64,000 nucleotides of DNA from the IMG/VR virus record IMGVR_UViG_3300049043_000112, positions 62,001 through 126,000 of that record, one strand, 5' to 3'. Of this stretch, positions 35,997 to 48,600 are shown in pieces. Position 1 is the stretch's first letter, and each line of letters starts with the position of its first letter. Both the position numbers and the translations under genes were made by a program. The notes beneath the pieces are model-generated. The model was not told where the DNA came from. It saw only the letters and a list, made by a program, of their open reading frames with translations, and made no database searches.

Positions 35997-36209
35997 TCAA
36001 TCATCATAAACTCTACATTCAAGTGCATTGGGGTGCAATTCACAATACAACTCTAATGGTGTTGGATCGTGCGAATCTTCTGGATGATGTTCCTTATATA
36101 TTTTGAGTGCTTCTAATTCTTCTTCTGTATGTCTTCTCGCTTGTGGAGAAGTTTGTGGATTATCCAGAATCTCCTTATCTTTCTGGATATGTTGATCGAT
36201 TGTATCCAT
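35997..36209 (-). CDS. cp12: CP12 Calvin-cycle inhibitor
   Basis: MDTIDQHIQKDKEILD..PTPLELYCELHPNALECRVYDD carries the CP12 C-terminal Cys pair (C-x8-C-RVYDD). Confidence 0.9.
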   Translation of the reverse strand: MDTIDQHIQKDKEILDNPQTSPQARRHTEEELEALKIYKEHHPEDSHDPTPLELYCELHPNALECRVYDD

Positions 36210-36237
36210 AGTTTTGTATCGTGTTGATATATTTATT

Positions 36238-36876
36238 TTAAGTGGAAAATAAAAACTCGGTAATATATTTTTGTGAAAAATCTTTTCCAAAGTAAGATTT
36301 TAAAATACCGAATGCAGGATTGTTAGATGCCATATGGTAATTATACTTTTGATGCATCGTTTCAAATGATTTTGAAGATTTATTGCAAATAGATATGAGT
36401 TTTTTATATTGGTGCAAATAATTTTTAACCCAAATTAGATATTCATTATAGAAATCTTCTCTTTGTTTTTTTATCCACATTTTATTTGAAAAAAATTCTT
36501 TTAAGTCATAAAATTTTGAATATTCAATTTTAATATCTGGAAACTCCGAAAGTAACTTCAAATATTCTATATTATCTGAGATGGGATGAAAATCAATGGC
36601 AGCTAAATGTCTTTTATTTGATATATTTACATATTCTGTCCCAAATATTGGATAGTCATAGTCCGAATTTGGATATATTACCAATGCTTCCGCTTCAAAC
36701 TTGTTTTCTATTTGTAATTCACAGAGTCTAATTCTTGTAAAAACATCAGAATCCCACAAATAAGACCTTAAAGTTGCATTTTTAGATTTAATTTCAAAAC
36801 TTAACCAGTCTGGAAGATTTCTCTGATTTAAAACAAAAAAATCTTTAATTATTTCATTTAATGATATTTTATTCAC
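36238..36876 (-). CDS. Divergent ferredoxin-dependent bilin reductase (PebA/PebB/PcyA superfamily)
   Basis: LVIYPNSDYDYPIFGTEY, AAIDFHP, EFFS, NPAFGILKSYFGKDFSQKYITEFLF match FDBR family patterns. Confidence 0.75.
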   Translation of the reverse strand: MNKISLNEIIKDFFVLNQRNLPDWLSFEIKSKNATLRSYLWDSDVFTRIRLCELQIENKFEAEALVIYPNSDYDYPIFGTEYVNISNKRHLAAIDFHPISDNIEYLKLLSEFPDIKIEYSKFYDLKEFFSNKMWIKKQREDFYNEYLIWVKNYLHQYKKLISICNKSSKSFETMHQKYNYHMASNNPAFGILKSYFGKDFSQKYITEFLFST

Positions 36877-39398
36877 TTAATGATGAACCTCTCCAGTTTT
36901 TTGGTGTGGGTGGATCACACTTACCTTCCAGTGAACGAACCATTAACTCAGCAAACTTTTCCATTTTTTCAGCAGAAACTGACTGTGGATAATACGTGAT
37001 TGCATCTTTTAGTGCAACAAGTTCATCCCATTCTTCTTTTGTAAGAACTTCAGTGCCAGTTTTTGCTAGTGTCATAGGTGTTTTTGCAATGTGTCCCAAT
37101 GTTAGCATTCCAATATATGATTATCTATAAACTTAATATTTTCTTTGGGATTGGGTTACATTACTTAATAAAATTATCTAAAGTATCAAGATCATCTTTG
37201 AATTCTTTTTCTCTTTTTTATCATGATAATAAGACCAGAGAGCATTGTGAACATCCATAAGTTCACTTATCCAAAAACCAGTGGGATAGATACCAAGTTT
37301 ATTTTGAAGTCCACGATGACTGGTGCCTTCTTCTTCTGCCTCACACATAATAGTGCAGATTGCTTGAACCATATCAAGTTTATCTTCTTCGGAAAGCATA
37401 AAATACTTCCCAACAGCACGTTCTTTTGCTTCTTGATGTGATTTCTGAAGTTGTTTGCAAGCATCAGAATCCCACCACTCTTGCCAGGTGTTTTTCTTTT
37501 CAGTCATCTTTTCCAAAGATAGTTCCAAAGAAACCAGAGTCACCTGGTTTACGGTTTTCAAGTTTATCTAGGATAGAATCAGTTGTTTGCAGAGATTCAA
37601 TACGACTAATTAAATCAGCAATCACACTACAAACCATAGGACGTTCTTGACGTGCAGCGTATGCTAGTGCGTTACGCAGAGATGCTTCTGCTTCTTTCAG
37701 GGATTCTTCAACAGATTGTGATAGTGCCATACTTCAGGGTTTTCTAAATCTTTACAACGGGGATAGAAGATGCCATCTTTGTAGCAAGCATCTTTTGGGT
37801 CTTGTCTGTCATATTTTAGCACGACTTCAGGTGGTTGTCTAATGTTACAGAGTTCACCTTGCATTTTAACAAAGTTATCAACACATAATCCACCCACAAA
37901 AGGTGCAATTGCAGATAATTGCCATAACCAAAAATCTGCCATCAACACTCATCCATTCCAAGAAGTTTTGTTGGTACAATTTTGCGAATTATCCAAGTTC
38001 CATCTTCATTATCCACCCACTCAATAAGGTCACCTTCTTTCAGGTTTGCTGCCTCAAGCAAATCATCAGGGAATGATACACAATATACATCTTCATTAGT
38101 GTCTTCATCTTTGACTTCTTCAACAGGAAGAATCCACCTCTTTTTGCAGTAAGTGGTGTCCATTCATATCCACCTTGCTTACGAATTTCTTCTATTTCTT
38201 TATCAAGATTGACAGATTCTTTATGTTCTTCTGGATAATAGTGTTCTTCCCAGAAGTCATTCCACGCTTTTTGACATTCTGCAGACTTATCATTTTTATC
38301 ACACGCAAGCACAGATTCATCAGCAACAGGACGATGACCACTCATAAGTTCAAGTAGTCCAAATGCACGTGCAGAATGATCTTTATAATACTGATAATCC
38401 TCCTGCACTGCTTCACGAATCGCAGAATAGATTTCGTGTGGTGATGCTTCTCCAACACTTAGAGCATCATGCACCCACTCTTGCAACTTATCAAGAGAAT
38501 ACTTTTTATAATCAGAGGTCATCGAGGTAGTCTTTGATTGCTTGTTCCATAATAACTTGAATTTCTTTCTGTGTCAACCCATTTAACCATTTCCAGTTCG
38601 GGTCTTGTGGGTCCCAGTCCATTGTGAACGATCCGTCCTCATTTTGTGTTATTTTAAGAGAGTCACTGTTCTTTTCCATATTGCTTTTTTGCTTTTTTTA
38701 GTTCTTTCAGTTCTTCTTTAATTTCTTTATATGCTGACTAAGCATCTATTTTATCACCCATTTCAAGAGCAATAATAATATCTACTCTTGTTCCAAAATG
38801 TGCTAATGCTTTTTCAAATGAATCTAACTCATACATTGTAATCAGTCCCATAATGCTCGGTAAGAATATCTATGCGGGCATCCAAAGAATTCTCCATACG
38901 ATAAAGTTCATTGGTAAGTTCTACATTTTCTTCTTCAAGAACTTTAACTCTTTGTTCCAAATCAACTAATCTTTGGTACAATTCATCAACAAGAACAGGG
39001 TCATCAAGTCCCCATTTTCTCTGAAACCAATTTGTTTGAATCATAATACACCAACCTCTTTTAGATAATTTCTATATCTCATAAAACGATTCCAGTTTGG
39101 TTGTCCTTGAACGTCTAACTGGTGACAAATTTCACAGTAACATAACCACTCATACCAAGGAGTAGTAGAATCTAAAACGTGATAAGGATAATCAGAGTTT
39201 TCCATCTACTGTCCCTGAATGAACTTTGGATTCAGGGAAACCTTCCTGCCGTCCTTTAAGATAAAAGCGCGTCGCTGAGATACACTGCTCTTCAGTGAGA
39301 GATGTGACCAGTCCTGTACCATCTTTATCGGTTGAACCCCATAGTCCATACTTTTTTTGTTCGACATAAAAAGCATCATCAATTAGTTTCTTTTCCAT
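36869..39398 (-). other. Run of small hypothetical ORFs, including an AbrB-like protein at 37942-38163
   Basis: Packed minus-strand ORFs; 37942-38163 reads VSFPDDLLEAANLKEGDLIEW (AbrB/MazE pattern). Confidence 0.6.
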
Positions 39399-39533
39399 TT
39401 TTTAAATCTGGATGGGGAGCATACAATGGACCTTCATAATTACCAGCGTGAAGTTGTTTGAGTGCTTCAATAGTTTCAGGAGTTTCCTCCCAAGTCCATT
39501 GATTATTATTTTTATCAGTAAAAGTACGTGTTG

Positions 39534-40559
39534 TCATAGAGTAATCCAGCGTTCGTTTTTAAGAGTCCAATTTGTCACTTCAGAAATACGTTCACGAACT
39601 GACTTCTGAGGAACCCATCCCAGTTGTTTCATTTTATCACCATCTAAGGCATAACGCAAATCGTGCCCTGGGCGTGATGAATGAAAATCTACAAGTTGAT
39701 AATTCAATTCTCTCCCCTGGGATTCAGCAATAATCTGTGCTAACTCCAAGTTGTTGAGTTCTTCCGAACCAACAATGTTAAACTTAGGGCATTTAGCGTT
39801 GCCCCACGTGGGCTCAAACTTACCTTCATAATTCAACAGAAAAAGAACGGCAGATGCAACATCTTCAGCGTGAATATAATGTCTAGACCCAGGAATGGTT
39901 CTAGTGGAGTCACTATGAATTGTAACTGCTTCACCGTCACGAATTCGTTTAATACACATTGGAATGTACTTTTCAGGATGCTGACGCTCACCAAACACGT
40001 TCATTGTATGAGTGATATAAATGGGAAGACCATAAGTATTCTCATACGCCACAGCAAGTTCTTCACCACCTGCTTTCGTTGCACTATAAGGATTGGTGGA
40101 ATTATACCGATCATTTTCCTTATATTTGATACCATTTGGAGCAGGACCAAATACTTCATCTGTACTGAAATAAACAAATCTTTCCAAATTTTCTTGAATA
40201 CGTGCGAACTCAAGAATATTGCAAGTTCCTACAACATTATCAAGTACAAACTCCATAGGATACTCAATACTGCGATCAACGTGAGAACCAGCAGCAAGAT
40301 GGAGAATGTAATCAACCTTACCAATTTCGGAACGGACAAGTGGATTAAGTTCTGCTTTCAAATCGTGATGAACTACTTTTACACGTTTGCGTACTTCAGG
40401 ATCAAACGAAAGCATCAGATTGTGAAGACGATTTAAGTTACCACTGTAGTCAAGACGATCGAGTGTAATAATGTCCCAATCAGTAGTTTTTAGAACTTGT
40501 CCAATAAGATGGTGGGCGATGAATCCTGCGCCACCAGTAATAAGAACTCGTTTAGTCAT
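39534..40559 (-). CDS. rmlB: dTDP-glucose 4,6-dehydratase-like NAD-dependent epimerase/dehydratase
   Basis: VLITGGAGFI, HLAAGSHVDRSI, STDEVFG, YSATK, NVFGERQHPEKYIP, RPGHDLRYALD. Confidence 0.88.
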   Translation of the reverse strand: MTKRVLITGGAGFIAHHLIGQVLKTTDWDIITLDRLDYSGNLNRLHNLMLSFDPEVRKRVKVVHHDLKAELNPLVRSEIGKVDYILHLAAGSHVDRSIEYPMEFVLDNVVGTCNILEFARIQENLERFVYFSTDEVFGPAPNGIKYKENDRYNSTNPYSATKAGGEELAVAYENTYGLPIYITHTMNVFGERQHPEKYIPMCIKRIRDGEAVTIHSDSTRTIPGSRHYIHAEDVASAVLFLLNYEGKFEPTWGNAKCPKFNIVGSEELNNLELAQIIAESQGRELNYQLVDFHSSRPGHDLRYALDGDKMKQLGWVPQKSVRERISEVTNWTLKNERWITL

Positions 40560-40793
40560 AGTTATTATTCGTATTTGTAACTAATTTTAATGTCTTTTTT
40601 CTTCAGTTTGTATCGATCAATATGCTTTTGACGATGACTTTCGGATTCAAAATAACATTTACGAGTCTCATTGCCATCCTTATAAACAAGTTTCCAAGGA
40701 AATTGGTCAAAGGGAAATTCTTCTGTACGGTCCATCAAGTAGGTTGTTCAACTCTCTGAGTATAGACCACATTAAACAATCCGTCAAGGGGTA

Positions 40794-41267
40794 TTATTCT
40801 CCAAGAGTATGAATGACTGGTTTTTCGTGTGCAAGAATGTGATAAAGGTCTGGATTCTTTGCTGCTGATACTGGAACAAATTCTGTCTCAGGATTAAACT
40901 CTTCATCACGAATTGCCTGATTAATGACAATAGAACCATCAGCACCAGAATATGAACGATGGAAGGTCATCTTAGGGATCACCAGAGCACCAGAAGAACG
41001 GTTAAGATGTACGATATGATATGGATAACGCCACTCTGGATTCACCAGTTCAAATGTGCGAAGACCTTGTAAAACGCGATTATGATCGATCTGATGATAA
41101 TGAATATAAAATTGTTTTGCACCAACAATATCGTCAGGTGGACTGATTGCAGGTCCAGTATGACATACAAGGTCTTGTGCATTAGATCCATCTACCGAAA
41201 TATCATAAAAGACAACTGCTTCGGTCTCACGAAATACTCTATGTTTCTTAAACTGAACTTCTGACAT
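40794..41267 (-). CDS. Cupin-like conserved cyanophage/cyanobacterial protein
   Basis: FYIHYHQIDHNRVLQG.RTFELV..ALVIP..TFHRS cupin-type His pattern. Confidence 0.55.
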   Translation of the reverse strand: MSEVQFKKHRVFRETEAVVFYDISVDGSNAQDLVCHTGPAISPPDDIVGAKQFYIHYHQIDHNRVLQGLRTFELVNPEWRYPYHIVHLNRSSGALVIPKMTFHRSYSGADGSIVINQAIRDEEFNPETEFVPVSAAKNPDLYHILAHEKPVIHTLGE

Positions 41268-43209
41268 TTTAATCGTAAGTGTTTTGCTCCTGGTTCAGTC
41301 TATCTATATGATGATAAATGGTCGCCTGTGAGTATTTAAATTCTTCAAATCGTTGCGGTTTATTCTTCTGCATTTTTGTGAGCATATTGATCCACTGATA
41401 ACGACTGTCTACCACCCAACCATAACGACGCTCATCGTGCATCATATCATAAATTGAAATCATTTGAACCCCCTACTTTTCTTTTTGTCTAATACTTCAA
41501 TGTGACTTAGAAAATTTCCACCACGCTGAAACCATGTGACCTGAACATCTTCATAGTTGTCAAAAACCATTTGGTTACCATCTTCAAAGATTAACTTATA
41601 ATCGTGAAGAATATAAGGTTCATCTGATGTTTGTTTGAATACTTTAAGTTCGGTCATTTTTCATAATAATAAGTTTACCAGCAAGCATTCCATAAAACAT
41701 CTCACACACCTTATCCTCACAAGATTTCATTTTCTCTTTGGAGAGAACAATAAGTGCGTTCAGTTCTTCTTCGTTAAGATTCCAATCAGTTAGGTTGTGC
41801 TCGGTTACTTTCATTTCATCCATAACATAAAGATTTTGGTTTTTCAGTATCAAATGTTGACCACTTTGCTATTTTAAGGCACATCAGCAAAGTTTGGTGT
41901 TCGCGGTTATACAGTTCCCAATCTTGTTTAAGTTTCGCAGCATACCTACGACGATAAGCACAACACCAGACATTGTAGTAGATTTTGTCCTTTTCACTCA
42001 GGGACATATCTGCTCTCCATATACCCAACCAGTATCAGTCTTGATAAGTTCCCAATAAGAATCTTCACCAAGTCTTCTAAAAAGATAACGTGTCCCATCT
42101 TCACGCTCACAAAGATAATCACACTTGTGAGGAGAATACAAGCGAACTTCAAGTACTTTGTCGTTTTTGTTGAGCATAGGTAATCACATATTTTTTATGT
42201 TCAGTATAAAGGTCGGAACAAGTATAGTGTTCCAACTTACCACCAAGTTCTTCTGCAATTTTTTGCAATTGTTTTTCAAGTTCAGTCATTTGGAGCAATG
42301 TAAAAAGTAAAAGTAACGTGCTGCATTTGTAGGTCCATATTGTACCACATCACAACCCTTATAAGTATCAACAACCACAAACTTTCTTTCTATTGGAGTT
42401 GGTTGCATTTCTAACCAGTTAGCAGCAAAGTTGATACCAAATGCTAGTAATGCGAAACCAGCAAAAATTAGAATAGCATTTTTCATTCTTCATCATCCCA
42501 AGGTGCTTTGCGGTTCATAAGTCTTTTAACACTCTCCATCGTTTCTTCACTTGGTAATTCTAGCATCTCTACAAGAGCATCAAAGTCTTTTGCTGGTAAG
42601 GTAATCTTTTCTGGTGGATAAGAACCTTTACCCCAATACTTCTCAAACTCATATTTGTATTCCATATCCAAATACCCACCATTCAGAGAAGACCAGAAAA
42701 TCCCCAGACACCATAATCATCAAAACGGAAACCTTCGTGAGAAATCAAACGATACCACCACCAGAAACTTGAATAACGGAGAAACCTGCTGCCTATGATA
42801 AGTTTATGGAAGTTCATTTCTTCGTCCAACAATAAACTTCCATTTGCATCCAACCATCATTTAGTTCTGCCCACATTGCGTGAGGAAGTTTATAAGAATA
42901 CTTCTTATCTCTCATCCAATGAGACCACGCTTCCCAAGCATACCCTACACTCTGCCATCCCCAGATGAAGTTTCTCCACTTCTTAAGGTCATATACCCAG
43001 TCGTTATCAGTATCAAAAATATTAAATTTAAAATGAGGTTTGAAATCGTATTCAAAAAAATGTTTGTTATACTGTTTGCGAGTGTAGTTATCGTATCGTT
43101 GGCGGAGATTGATGAGAGTGTTGAGCATAACAATTTGACTTCATAAAGTTATTATACAGCAAAGGGCACCTGATTTCAAGTGCCCCCTGTTCCAGTTCTT
43201 CAAGTGTCC

Positions 43210-43988
43210 TTATGATATTCTTACTCTTTTGGAAGTATCTATTTCTCTTGCTCGTTGATATTGAGTAAGATTTCCAGCATTAGTTATAAATCCAGTTTCA
43301 AGACACATCCATTTTTGTGAGGCAACTTTTTTACCAGTTTCACTCATTTGCTTACTCGTCAACGAAAATATTCCTTTTTCTCTTCATAATTTTTCTTGAC
43401 TATTTGCCGTTTTTCTTCAGTAGTTAAAGAAAATATTCCCTTACCTTCATCACGAAGTTTTTTTCCTTTTTCACTATGGTTCTCAAAAGTTTGTGCGTGA
43501 ATTCCTTTTCGTTCTTTATAAAGTTTTTGCCCGTTTCTTTTTCCCAATTCACTTCTTTCTTCAAAAGTTTGTGAGTGAATTCCTTTTTTATCTCTATAAA
43601 GTTTTTGTCCTCTTTTTCTTCTTTCTTCTGTGGTTTCTGCGTGAATTCCCTTACATTCTTTATATTGATTTTGTCCAGTTTTTCTATTAATATTTAATGA
43701 AATAAAACCACCACAATTTTCATTCAAGCACCACTTATCTGTATTGTAAAATGGTTTGATTAATCTTTTTTCAACTTCTTGTGCTTCAATATATCCTTCA
43801 TCAGTAAAATCAAAAAACTGGAGTATTTGTTTCTTTGGAGTATAAAGTTCCCAACACCATTTATGAGTTATAGGAGAACCCATATAATACTCATTATATG
43901 TTTTTTCTTTATGAACACCATAATAGTAATACAAAACTTCCTCAAAGGTAATTTTGTATAAGTATATTCTTGGACTTTGTGAAGTCAT
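43210..43988 (-). mobile_element. GIY-YIG-type free-standing endonuclease with tandem helical repeats (frameshift in an A-run near 43378)
   Basis: IYLYKITFEE..YYYGVHK..YMGS, CLNENCGG. The restored C-terminus QKWMCLETGFITNAG..IDTSKRVRIS matches the 47777 paralog. Confidence 0.75.
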
Positions 43989-43995
43989 TTCTATT

Positions 43996-44080
43996 CTACA
44001 AGAACCGCATTACTATTTATAATAGAAAAGGTGCCCGAAAGCACCTAATCTTTTGTCTGTAGAGATTGCGGTTCCTATAG
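43996..44080 (-). promoter_or_regulatory. Endonuclease-associated cis element (copy B)
   Basis: Arms at 44067-44080 and 43996-44009 (GAACCGCA/TGCGGTTC core); inner AGGTGCT-TTCG-GGCACCT hairpin with T-tract; TATAAATA at 44014-44021. Confidence 0.75.
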
Positions 44081-47000
44081 ACATTAATATTTAGTAACGA
44101 TGCTCTGGAACAATCGTAGGTTCTTCTACATCTGGACCTTTCATATTTCCAGTATTACAAGAATAAAGAGTTGAAAGTTTTTTACCTTTACGGACGATGT
44201 TAAAGTGGTCTATTTGTCCATTAGAATGAGTGAAGGAAAACCAAACAGCATCATCTCCCATTACCTCATAATGAACACTCACATTATCCAGGAAGAGTTC
44301 ATCAACATTTTGTAGTTCGTTCATAAGTCCCTGATTTTCCCATAGTTCAAATAGTCCCAAAACCTATCGTTATAATCCTCAAAGTCCCATTCAGGATCAG
44401 TTCCATCATAAGTCATCAAGTCACTCCAATTTTGATATACCCATCTCCACATCAATCTTCGCAACCAGAACTGTTTGATCTTATATGTGAGGTTCATTTT
44501 GGTTCCTCATCTTTATTAAAGACTTTATAAGAAGAAGTAGTAGTCATCACAGCAATCAAAAGAAACCAACCCCAACCAGCAATCCCGTGAAGAGCAAGAA
44601 AAGTTGCTCCAACCACACAGGCAATAGAAGTTAGTTCAGAACAAAATAAAAGAAGTGCGTGTTTCATTTGATAGTCAAAGTTTGATTTTTGATTTGACAA
44701 AGACGGGAAAGATTATCACCAGCAGCAGCAACTTGAAAGAAGTTGTAGTTAGTCCCACACTCTTGATTAAGTGCTTGTTGAGTTGTGATGACTTTTGTAA
44801 CTGCTATGATAGGAGCAGAAATAAACATAAGAATAACACTACCAACAATCAAAACAGTAAAAGCATCCTCAGGATTAAAGTTTTTGAGTTTCATCAGGTT
44901 TCTGTGTGTATGAAGTCATTATAAAGCATCCAGAGACACCCAGAGCATCCCCTGTGCCAGTTCTTCAAGTGTCTTATGCTACACCATCAGCACTATCTTT
45001 CCATTCAGTATCTTCTTTATCTCTCAAACTATCCAATACTTGAAGAAGAAAGGCAATAGAGTCAGCATACTCTCGTCCATCTTGCCCACCCATTACCATA
45101 TAAGCAATCTCTTTCTCAGCAAGTTCAATTCTCTCATTTCTTGTAAGTTCTTCTAGTGTAGGACGATACCATTCACCATTTTCCTTCTTTTTGTAACCAG
45201 CAGCAAGTTTTCTGGTTTCTTCCTCTTGTTCCCATCGTTTTACATAAGCAAGTTGTCCGAATTCTTCTTCCTCAATTTCAGCAAGTTTCGTCATCGCATT
45301 ACCATTCTCTTCATAGAGTTTATCAAGAGCATCAAGAGCCTTCCGTTCTGCTTCTCTTTTTTCTGCTAATTCAAACATTTCATCGGGATATGGTTCAGTC
45401 ATTTTGATTTCAAGTTTAGTTTCAGGTGCTTTGGTTCCAATAGTAAGGTCTTCAAGAGTAAATTGACCAGTCATACGGGAAGTTTCTTTACCATTAGTCT
45501 TGAAGATTAAGTCCTTATCCATAAGTTCTCTCAATTTCTGTTTGCCGTATTCTGTGAGTTCTTTTTTAGATTTGCGGAGATCTTCTACTTCCTTATCAGA
45601 AAGATGGAACCCATCAGGAATGTTCCCGTATTCTTCGGTCATTTGAATGTATCCTGAAACTTCTTCCATCCTTCATCTAATTGTTTTTCTGCCCATCCCC
45701 AAACACCGTGCTCCATACCATCAATTTTAGCACATTCAATCTCATCTTGAATGAGTCTGCGGAGCATTTCAATTTGTTCTTCAGTCATCTCTCTCCATTT
45801 CGTTTTCATAATCACGATAATCCCACTTGAGGTGGTGTTGTATCAGTTTGAGAGCACTTGGAACATCCAGAGCATCTCCATCACAAGTCCATTCACCAAC
45901 TTTGATATCATAATACACCAGACAATCTGGGGTGTATTGATGTATGTTGATGTCTATGTGGTTAGTCATTTTTTGAATGTCTCCTTGAAGGTTTCCCAAG
46001 TATAAGATTTCAGTCGTTCCACATCATTTTCAAGTTCTTCAATTCTAAAATAAAGTGCCTTCAAATGTGATGCGAGTTTATAAATGTTTACCTTATCAAT
46101 CTCATAACATCCACTATCATCTGTGAGATTCGGTGAAGATATTTCTCCAATCGTCGGTGTGTTCAGTCATTTGAATGTTTCCTTGAAGGTTTCCCAAGCA
46201 AGGGTATTGAAGTTATTATGCTCATAAGCAAACTTCTCTCCTCGTTCTTCCCTCAACATATAATCAACCTCACACTGAATAAGTGCCCGAAGTTGGTCAA
46301 TCTGTTCGTCAGTCATCGCAGTTTCTCCCGCATAAGTTTCAGACACTCATTCCATTTGTAAGAGTTAGTATCGTGAGATGGAGGTATCCATTCGGCAACA
46401 ATATCTACAAGTCTATCAGTCATCTCATCACAGTCAATACCATATCCAACTTTCTTTCCAACTTCTTCCCAAATCAAGTCATAAAGTGTCTGTGGTTTTG
46501 ATTCTTCCACTCTCTTATACTTCACACCCATAATGGTTGCATATTCTCCTTCTATGAGAACCTTTGAGATGTCGGTTTCAGTCATACTTTCCTTTCTTTA
46601 CATCATTAAACCAAAGTCCTTCAAGAAGACGACGAGTTTCAGTATCAGTAATAGCAATCATCATCACCACACCCTCATCAGTAAATTTTCTCTTATACCA
46701 ATTATGACTTCCATCATTAAATTCATGACGACTATAATTCTCATCATTATAAAGGACAATCTCAAACTTACCACCAAGTTCAAAGTTCATTCTTGGTTGA
46801 GATTTATGTGTCTCAATCTCTTTGAGAAGTTCCAGTTTCTTTTGAAGCACTTTGATTTCTGCTTCTGTCTTTTCAATATCAGAATTAAAAGTCATTTGTT
46901 TCAGGTAAGGAGTAGCATCCATCACACCATCTTTCATTGCTTGTCTAAAAGCATTACGCAGACCTTCGTCTACTTGTTCTGGTGTTTGTGGAGTTGGTTG

Positions 47001-47776
47001 AAATTCAGTCATCGGTTCTGGTAAAAATCCTTCACGGATAATTCGTGGTTTTGGAAACTCTGGTTTATTCATCATATCTCCGCATCAATATTCATAAAAT
47101 TGATCAATTACTTTATAATCTTTATCTCGTACCGTACCAGCATAAGGATAGATAGAACTTACAGTTTCTTCCATATCAGGAACAACTTCATAACGGTAAA
47201 TGTCATCGGCATTTCCACCACAATCAACAGAGATTACATTTCCGTCAGGTAAAGTACCACTATAAGTAAAAATATACTTATAATAACTTGAAAATTTCAC
47301 CTTTACTTCACCGTATTTTTCAATAAACTCTTCTTTTGTCATTTGGAGTTGGCAGTGTTGTTTGTGTATGAGAGCATTATACGACAAAAGGCACTCGGTT
47401 TCAAGTGCCCGTGTTCCAGTTTGCGAAGTGTCCTTTTCTATTTCATCATAATACTCTGGTTCATCAGGTGGTTCAGGGTACCCATCTTTTAATTGTACTG
47501 CTTCATAACCCTTCTGGAAGGCATCCCAACTCACAGCATCCCAATCTCCCATAGCAATACTTGTTTCTGGATAATGTCCATAAACATCTTTATATGCTTC
47601 TTCTACTGGAGATTTCATCTTCTCCATTTCTTCCAAGAGTGCAAGTTGCTTTTCCAGCACTTTGATTTCTCCTTCTACTTGTTCAATTAGGTTCATCAGT
47701 CTTAGAGCATCTCCCAGTATTATAACCTGTAAGGCACCCGAAATCAAGTGCCCGTATTCCAGTTTATAAAGTGTCC

Positions 47777-48502
47777 TTATGATACTCTCACTCTTTTAGA
47801 AGTATCAATACCTTTTGCTTTTTGATATTTTGATAAACCACCAGAATTAGTGATATAACCAGTTTCAAGGCACATCCATTTTTGTGCGTTATTTTTTCTG
47901 GATAATTCACTTCTTTGTTCTGGTGTTAGTGAAAAAATACCAGTTCCATTTTTCATTTGGGTTCTTGCCCCCATTCTACCATATTCACTTCTTACTTCTT
48001 TTGGTAATTTTCCAAGTCCGCTTGCATATGCTTTTTTGGCAGAGGCAGATAATTCTTCACTCGTTAGTGTGAATATGCCGAGTTTATTATCTCTTGTATA
48101 AGCACCATTTCTTTTTCCAAGTTCAACTCTTTCTTCTGTTGTAAGTTGAAACATTCCTAATTTATTTTTATGTTGATTTTTTCCTTTTCTACTTGCCTCT
48201 TCAAAAGATGGTATATAACAAAACTTTGTAGAAGTTTGTTTGGATTTATTAGCAAAGTGTGGATTTTCAACTACTTTATAATACTCTTGTAAAATAATCT
48301 TATCAGCATATGCTTCCTCTCTTGTAGCATAATCACTTTTCAAAATTATCTTCTGTGTTGGATTGAATGTCCTATCGTGAAAAGAACCAAAATACTTTAC
48401 ATCTTCTTCTGGTAAGCATTTACAAGTTCTACTACCAATATATCCTCTACCATATTCCTCATAGGAATAATAGGTGTAATGATACTCTTTTTGAGTTTCC
48501 AT
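47777..48502 (-). mobile_element. GIY-YIG-type free-standing endonuclease with tandem helical repeats
   Basis: YHYTYYSYEEYGRGYIGSR..YFGS, NPHFANK; GIFxLTxEExxE repeats; C-terminus shared with the 43210 gene. Confidence 0.8.
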
Positions 48503-48514
48503 AGTTCTATTCTA

Positions 48515-48600
48515 TTAAGACGGCACTACTATTTATAATAGTTTATAATAGAAAAGGTGCCCGAAAGCACCTAATCTGTCCGTAGAGATTGCCGTCTTAA
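48515..48600 (-). promoter_or_regulatory. Endonuclease-associated cis element (copy C)
   Basis: Perfect 11-bp arms TTAAGACGGCA/TGCCGTCTTAA; same UUCG hairpin as copy B; TATAAATA at 48530-48537. Confidence 0.8.

Noticed and set aside
145-38745. Stop-codon reassignment (TAA for Gln in gp8; TAG in the 38670-38836 ORF)
   Set aside because: These are two isolated cases involving different codons, and both TAA and TAG terminate many genes here.
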